Origin: Catajapyx aquilonaris
Taxonomy: Eukaryota
DNA: 32,086 nt
Assembly (NCBI GenBank): GCA_000934665.2
Contig: JYFJ02004453.1
Location: 1-32,086, forward strand
Direction of reading: 5' to 3'
In this document: piece after piece, positions 25,882 through 32,086 of the stretch
Position numbering within the stretch: position 1 is the first letter of the stretch
Layout: every line of letters starts with the position of its first letter
Translations under genes and position numbers: made by a program
Notes under the pieces: model-generated
Databases searched by the model: none
Seen by the model: only the letters and a program-made list of their open reading frames with translations
What the model was told of the DNA's origin: nothing

Positions 25882-26274
25882 AACTCCATTCGACACAACC
25901 TGTCCTTACACAACCGATTTATGCGCATCCAAAACGAAGGCACCGGTAAGTCTTCGTGGTGGGTGGTGAACCCAGACGCCAAGTCCGGTAAGTCGTCGCG
26001 ACGTCGGGCTACCTCGATGGAGACGTCCAAGTACGAGAAGAAGCGTGGTCGAGTCAAGAAGAAGCTTGAGGCCATGAGGAACGGCCTGACCGAGCTGGGC
26101 ACCCCAAGCCCTTCATCCTCCGTGTCAGAGGGACTCGACCTCTTCCCGGAATCTCCCATCCACACCAGCTTCCAGCTCAGTCCGGATTTCCGCCCAAGGG
26201 CCAGCTCCAACGCGTCCTCGTGCGGGAGACTCTCGCCCATTCCGGCAGTCGAAAACGACATGCACGAAGCACAG
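25882..26274 (+). CDS. foxo: FoxO internal exon (131 aa): C-terminal half of the forkhead domain, NLS, and 2nd and 3rd Akt sites
   Basis: Encodes [32 protein letters not shown] (FoxO recognition helix and wing), RRRATS (25999-26016), KKRGRVKKK, and [17 protein letters not shown] (RPRASS at 26191-26208). Acceptor TTGCAG|AAC, donor CAG|GTGAGG. 393 nt, phase 0/0. Confidence 0.97.
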
Positions 26275-26421
26275 GTGAGGCGAAGGCAAGACAGTAAAAG
26301 ACGATGTGGCAACGCCGCACTGTCCAATGACATGCGAGCACAAAATAGCGGGAAGGACTCCCATTGGTTAAGAGACTGTCCGGGCAACGTTGCCACATTT
26401 GATGCCTTCTGTTTGTTGCAG
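26275..26421 (+). other. foxo: 147-nt GT-AG intron, in frame and stop-free
   Basis: GTGAGG...CCTTCTGTTTGTTGCAG. Splicing joins DMHEAQ to VPPMSP, which reads like a contiguous invertebrate FoxO segment. The intervening 49 codons look unlike the flanking Pro/Ser/Gly-rich protein. Confidence 0.8.
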
Positions 26422-26886
26422 GTTCCACCCATGTCCCCCTGGAACAACCCCGGGGCCAACTCTGATTTTCGAACGACGGACTTCCCCGGGGCTGGCAGCC
26501 TATTCCCGCCGCCGCCGCCATCCGGTTACGCCCCGGATCAACTGGCCGGGAACCTAGCCGACGGTATGAAGCTAGTTGGTGGTGCAGACGCATCGGGGGC
26601 TGCCCCTGGGCCGTACCCGGGGCCAGTATCGCCCCACACCAACATGGGCCTTGGGGGAAGCAACGGGTTCTCCATGGGTCCAACCCACTCCCATTCACAC
26701 CCTCACACCCACCCGCATACCCACGGGTACAGGCAACCTTACAGCCCAGGGGACTACCACCAGGCGAGATATTCAGACGGGGCCAAGATGGGGTCCGGCC
26801 CCGGGTTGCCCCGCAGCCCACCTAGGATGATGGTCCCCTCCGCCGAAATCGGAGTCCCCACAACTTACAGCCTCACCAGTCTGCAG
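26422..26886 (+). CDS. foxo: FoxO internal exon (155 aa): disordered Pro/Gly/His-rich region
   Basis: GC-rich open frame VPPMSPW...[13 protein letters not shown]...YSLTSLQ. Donor CAG|GTCAGT, followed by an in-frame stop and an abrupt shift to AT-rich sequence. 465 nt, phase 0/0. Confidence 0.9.
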
Positions 26887-28652
26887 GTCAGTTATTTCTA
26901 GTCGTCATTACAATTAACTTAATTAGTGTAAAGAATTAATGAACCTTTGTTTGAGCTTGTAATTAAAAAGTTTGCAAGTTGCTGAGACTAAACGGAAATC
27001 TGGCAATTAATCGCTAAAATCTAGAAAACACAACTTCGCATCATAGCGCTTACTATTAGTTACTGTATTGGGCTATTTTTAATACTAATGTACTTATATA
27101 CAGTTTGCCAAAAGTTATGTCAAAATAAAACCACGGTGTTGATGCGCAATAACTCAATTTGACAGTATCAGTTACCCATGTTTTTCAAATGGGGACGTGG
27201 AATGAGTGTTACACGCTTGTAACAATCCGATGGAAACGATGGGGCTTGATGTATTGATGCTACCGAACCTTGTTATCTATTGACAGTTCGGAATCAACGA
27301 TACTCTCTCCTAGTTATTTTTTTTTTCTCTCTGGAAAATTTTATCGGTTGTCAATCAGATTGTAGCCGCCCCACCATAATTTTATTTCCTCCCCAAAATT
27401 CTGTTTCTATTCGCCCTTACTAATGCTCCAACCCCAACATTTTGAAGTGCTGTTGGTTAAAACCACATGCTGCAGATTTAGACACACACACACATTTATA
27501 TATATAAAAAAAACTCTGGTTAATTCTCTCAAGTGTTTTTCTCCTCTCTCGTGTGTTTGGAGAGGGTGTAATCTTCTCTGGAGTAGGCTTAATCCAATGA
27601 TGCGAACCGATTTACGTCCAGCATGCTTTTGAGGCCTCAGCTCAAGAAGCCACAAATGCTCACACTCTCTAAGCTCCTCTGTTGCAATTCAAGTGTTTCA
27701 GCCGGATATTTTTCTAGCACTTTAACAATTACTTTTACACGAATCGCTATCGGAAAAAAATGAGCTGTTAGGTTTGGTAAAGTCTGAAACTGTGACAATA
27801 TGTATGTTCTGGGCGCCATTTTTTTTTGGTAGATGAAAAAAATTTAATGGTTTGGGGTAGGATTGCGGGGTTGGGGGGATGCGAGTTGTGGGGGGGTCGG
27901 CGCCAATGATTCACACACTTGTCAGAGAGCCAATTAAAAACATTTGCGAATGCGCCCACTACAATGCCGGCAGCGCTGAGCCTTCAATAATCGGCCTGGC
28001 GCCAGGCCGCAAGTGGGCCATTTCCGACCGATTGCCTGGCAATCACCGCGTTAACACGGACTAGCAGAGTCACTTGGGCCGAAAACGCATTGTCCGGCCC
28101 TTTCAATACAGGCCCATGGACAGCGACCGCGGATTTTTGTCGATGAGGGCCCTGCTGCTCTCTCAGTCCTCCAACAGCACAACGGTTTGGCTGGGGTTGG
28201 GGGGAGGGTTTGGCAGCCTCATACACATCAAGTGTATAGCGTGGTGTGTACGCTCGTGCAGTTTCACAGGNCCCCCCCCCCCCAAAAAAAAAAAAAAACC
28301 CAACCTCCCACACATACACAACATGCACGCAAACACACACACGCCCACACATGCATATATCTCTGGACCAGTACAGTCATGTTATTAGGCTGGATTTGGG
28401 CTAGTTGACACTTTTTAGAGGATGGCTGGAATGTCAAAGGTCACTGATGACCAATTAGGGGTCGACTGCACGCGGATGGACAAAATGGCAGTTTCAGGCG
28501 CAGGCGAGCGTCGATCGCACGATCAGACGATGGTCGTGCGACCAGGTGAGGGTCCACGCGCCGGAAACTGCAATCTTGTCCTACTGCTACTGTGTAGTAC
28601 TAACATGAGAGACAATAAGTTGACGATGTTGATGGCTTCTGGTTTTTGACAG
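26887..28652 (+). other. foxo: FoxO intron (1766 nt)
   Basis: GTCAGT...GGCTTCTGGTTTTTGACAG. Phase 0 joins LQ to SMSPAQ, in frame with the terminal coding exon. Confidence 0.82.
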
Positions 28653-29315
28653 TCAATGTCTCCGGCGCAGAGTGTCCACTCCATGTCGCCGTCGCACACC
28701 ATGGAGGCCCTGGCCAATGGAGGCTACCCTCAGGAGGCGTCCCCTCAGCGTGCCCCTGAGCTCCTCCTGCCCCCGTATCCGACCCAGAGCTACTGTGCCT
28801 TGCCCCAGAACACGGCCGCCAGCCAGCAGCAACAACAGCAGCAACAACAGCAGCAAAGACACCAGTCGCAACCGATCCGGATCAAGCAGGAGCCGGGAAC
28901 GGAAGTGAACAACAGCATCCCTACCCCGTCCCAGATGATGGGACAGCTGATGGGCGCCCTTAACAATGGCGCCCACATGCCCAACGACCTGGACTTCAGT
29001 CTGGACGGTTTGCCAGGCGGGTTCGACTTCAACGTGGACGACGTGATCAAGCACGAGCTGAGCATGGACGGAAGCCTGGACTTCAACTTCGTCGGGCATC
29101 ACCACAACCACCACAACCACCACCACCATCACCACCACCACGGAGCCAACCACAACCACCTGCAGCACCAGCAGCACCAGGGATCGTCGTCTGTCCCATC
29201 CGCTGCCTCCTCGGACACCACCCAGCTCGTCGGGGTCACCGGTGCCCCCGTGGTCACCCCCCAGACTTCCACGTACTCCCAGCCCGTCTCGGCCGGTAGA
29301 CCATGGGTGCACTAG
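28653..29315 (+). CDS. foxo: FoxO last coding exon (220 aa + stop): polyQ, CR3 transactivation domain, poly-His, WVH C-terminus
   Basis: Encodes MMGQLMGALN (28935-28964), DLDFSLDGLPGGFDFNVDDVIKHELSMDGSLDFNF (28986-29090, the FoxO CR3/TAD signature) and C-terminal PWVH*, similar to the SWVH/SWVxG ends of known FoxOs. Stop TAG at 29313-29315. Confidence 0.93.
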   Translation, partial: SMSPAQSVHSMSPSHTMEALANGGYPQEASPQRAPELLLPPYPTQSYCALPQNTAASQQQQQQQQQQQRHQSQPIRIKQEPGTEVNNSIPTPSQMMGQLMGALNNGAHMPNDLDFSLDGLPGGFDFNVDDVIKHELSMDGSLDFNFVGHHHNHHNHHHHHHHHGANHNHLQHQQHQGSSSVPSAASSDTTQLVGVTGAPVVTPQTSTYSQPVSAGRPWVH

Positions 29316-29357
29316 TCCCGCTCCAAAGAGATGCGCTTCTTCCATCCAATGGTAAGT
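29316..29357 (+). other. foxo: 36 nt of 3' UTR followed by a probable 3'-UTR intron donor (ATG|GTAAGT)
   Basis: Consensus donor GTAAGT at 29352-29357, 36 nt after the stop codon. Confidence 0.65.
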
Positions 29358-29404
29358 CACTTTCACCCACATTTTTCGGGTTGGAAAAGCTGGCAGCAAC
29401 ATCG

Positions 29405-29600
29405 CAAATCGCTGCTACATTAACTGTTATTTGTTGTTCGAAGAGCTGTTACTGCGTCAAAACGGCTAATCGGCCTGCGAAATGACAACGTGGCAGATCG
29501 CTGCCACAAAGAACTGTTACTAGTTCCAAACTGCTATTTTAGCGATACTTTTTTCCAATAACAATTATTATTCGAAGAGCTGTTATAGAGTGTCAAACGT
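29405..29600 (+). repeat. Degenerate direct repeat
   Basis: TTCGAAGAGCTGTTA occurs at about 29437 and 29571. ATCGCTGCYACA...AACTGTTA occurs twice. A related CAGATCGCTGC is at about 22983. Confidence 0.5.
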
Positions 29601-32086
29601 GCTGTTTGGCGTGACCTGCCGTCCTGTTAATGAAACCTTAACCGTTCGTGATCCGACCAGGGTTTTATGGACGCCTAATTGAGATCTGCACCTGCCGTAA
29701 CGTATCAGGGGCAATCACGTGTATGGCTCTTGGCGTTAACTGCCCCACCCACATCAACCTGGCAGCGCTCTTTTTTTTCACAATTCCAGTGGGGGTGCCC
29801 CCGTGGTAATTAATCCGGCAACAATGGGCCTTAATTAACGCCACTAAAGATTCCTAAGGATCGTTAGCCACGCCTTGGCTGGCTTTTTAATCGGGGTCCG
29901 TTCTTGATTATACTCTCTCGGCACACACTATATATGTGCTCGCGGATAAATAATAAAAAAAAGAGAGAGATCGCCTGTCCATCACACTAACGAACTGCGA
30001 CGTATACCGATTGAAGCGACGCGTGGGTTTTAGTTACATAAACCCTTTAGCGGATCTCTTACGTCATAATTGAACGCGACTCTTTTAAAAAAAGTTTCCA
30101 ACGACGAATTTTTGACCTATTTTTCAGAGGCATAATAAGGTGGTTGAGGACACAAAAATGATGCGTCATAACGCGTTTTTTTGTCGCGTCTTATTCGTCT
30201 TCTCTTTTTTTTTCTCTCGGCGCAGACACTGTACGACCTTTCGTCCAATGGGAAGGGGGACTGGTGGGAGGATAGGGTGGAAGTGAAGTGAACGGGGCGA
30301 AGTCCATAAAGAGGCTAATGCGAGTAGTTGCAGCCGCCTTTTGTGATCGTAGTAATGCGTGTCCTCGGCTTCTACGGCCCCGCCAGATTTAAGAAGTTTA
30401 GGCGGGAAGTACTTTTCTTCTCTCGCTGGAAAGGAACTGACTGGGNGGGGGGGGGGAAAGAAGAAAACGAGCCGAATCAGCAGGCTAGCCTTTAACGATA
30501 TTCGGGGGACATCTTTACCTCCGCTTACCCTACTTAGCCTCCTTCTACTAACAAATGTGGCCTTTGACCCAGACTAAATAAAAAGGTAATCATCCAGAGA
30601 TATGGTAGGAAAAATTACAATCTTTCGTTAACTCCTACCGCTGTTAGTGGTGGTAAAAGTAGCAGTGATCAGAACAGCGGCTTTTGGCATTTACATGTTA
30701 TTTATTTGATGAATTTGCGGAAATACACTGCCAAAACTTGGCAACACTGCCTGCCCGCCTCCAGTTGGGCGTAGTACGATACCCAACTAACAGATGGCGC
30801 GCCCCCCTCTCTGCACACTACTGCCATGCCACTCTCATGAGAAAGAAGTACTACATGCACGTTGGTGATGAGTCACCGTGGACAGACAGAGTCTCAAGCC
30901 AATTTCTGAATTTATTATTGAATGCATTACAGTGTGCAATATTGTACTCAGCAAGTACTGTTGATTATATGAAATTGCTATTATTAAAATAGCGGCCTGC
31001 GGCAGACCAGCAGGGCATTATGTAGGGGAGATTACTATTGTTAACCGGCGTTGACGAGATATAGTGAGACAAGACTATAATAATACTAAAGCACCTCGAC
31101 CTTGCCCACGATCGTTAGCCGATTTAAGTATTCCGGCTTAGCGTGTAGGATGCGTGTAATTTCCAAGCAGTAGGATTAATAAATTAGGCGTGTCTGATCA
31201 ATCACGTTTTATGTAATACACGCCACTGCTTAATGGAGGAGTCTTGCTCACGAAATTACACTTATTGCATCAAATATGGATGATACCGGTGTCGGCCGAT
31301 TTAATTGATTTCAAAAAAAAAGTTGCATTAATCGGGCATGCAACCGGCAAGTTCTCACTGATCCTGTTTTTTTATTCCCTCAAAAAAAATTGATATGGAA
31401 GATTCGGGCATATGCATATTAGTTTTTTTTAATGTGGCAAAAAAATACGAGCGTGATAGGTTCTGATCATGCAACGCTCAGTATTCTGTTAGAATTAGGT
31501 ACTGCTGAATGCATATTTGCAATTAATTATTGATATCGATTAAAAATTAATTATACTGTTCAACCATTTAAATTTTAGGCAAGCTTTAAAATTTATTCAA
31601 CCACTCAATTTATAGTATATAAGGTGACCGATTTGCATAATAATTTTATCAAAATGGAAGTAAGATTGATATGAAATACGAAGTGACTACTACTGTGTAC
31701 GGTGTCGAAACAATCCTAGTTTATTGTAAAATAATATTGAGCAACCTGTGAAATATATAATTTTCAAACTATAAAAATGTGTGCGAATTTTTCAGGCAGA
31801 ATTTAATGCCATTTGGTGCATTGATATGACAACATATTTTCAAGACATACTCTCTACCAAACAAATTTTTATTTTGCTCATATTTCTTGAAATTATGTTT
31901 CTGATTTTTTTTTAAAAAAGCGATATTATACCCCAAAATATTTTTTGGTCAGTTTCATCCTTCCTATTATGCAACCATCTCGCTTCTCCTGCCACATGTG
32001 GCTGCCTTTAAACAGGCTCGTTCCCCCCCAGACAACATTTTGACAATCGAAAAAAAATAATTTCTGAAATCCGCATCGAGTGCATC

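Noticed and set aside
25873..26901. The 342-aa ORF taken as one complete protein
   Set aside because: Its start codon is a TTG inside the splice acceptor, it begins mid-forkhead, and it runs through an intron and past a donor. It is two exons plus an intron.
28653..29402. 249-aa antisense ORF, and the 203-aa and 214-aa antisense ORFs at 25848-26821
   Set aside because: These are shadows of GC-rich, codon-biased FoxO exons. The poly-Val and poly-Leu runs mirror poly-His and poly-Gln.
30684..30992. 102-aa ORF and the many other 60-140 aa ORFs in the track
   Set aside because: No recognisable domains, low-complexity translations of homopolymer runs, mostly non-ATG starts, and no transposase or reverse transcriptase motifs.

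Overview
This is metazoan genomic DNA, not prokaryotic. There is no obvious CpG depletion, and the FoxO motifs look arthropod-like (tentative). The only gene I can support is the 3' part of a forkhead box O (FoxO/DAF-16) transcription factor on the + strand. It has three coding exons (25882-26274, 26422-26886, 28653-29315; about 506 aa in total), all joined in phase 0, followed by a probable 3'-UTR intron donor at 29352. The first 25.9 kb appears to be the distal part of the very long intron that splits the forkhead domain at [13 protein letters not shown]. It holds small inverted-repeat (MITE-like) elements, three tandem arrays (21, 50 and about 93 bp units), microsatellites and many G-runs. 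The most interesting observations are in the FoxO gene itself: (i) a 147-nt, in-frame, stop-free intron with an internal stem, whose retention would add a new RxRxxS Akt-type motif; (ii) Phe in place of the usually conserved redox-sensing Cys in the CR3 transactivation domain; (iii) two perfect cryptic donors inside the forkhead exon. I found no convincing new multi-gene system. The other ORFs in the track look like noise.
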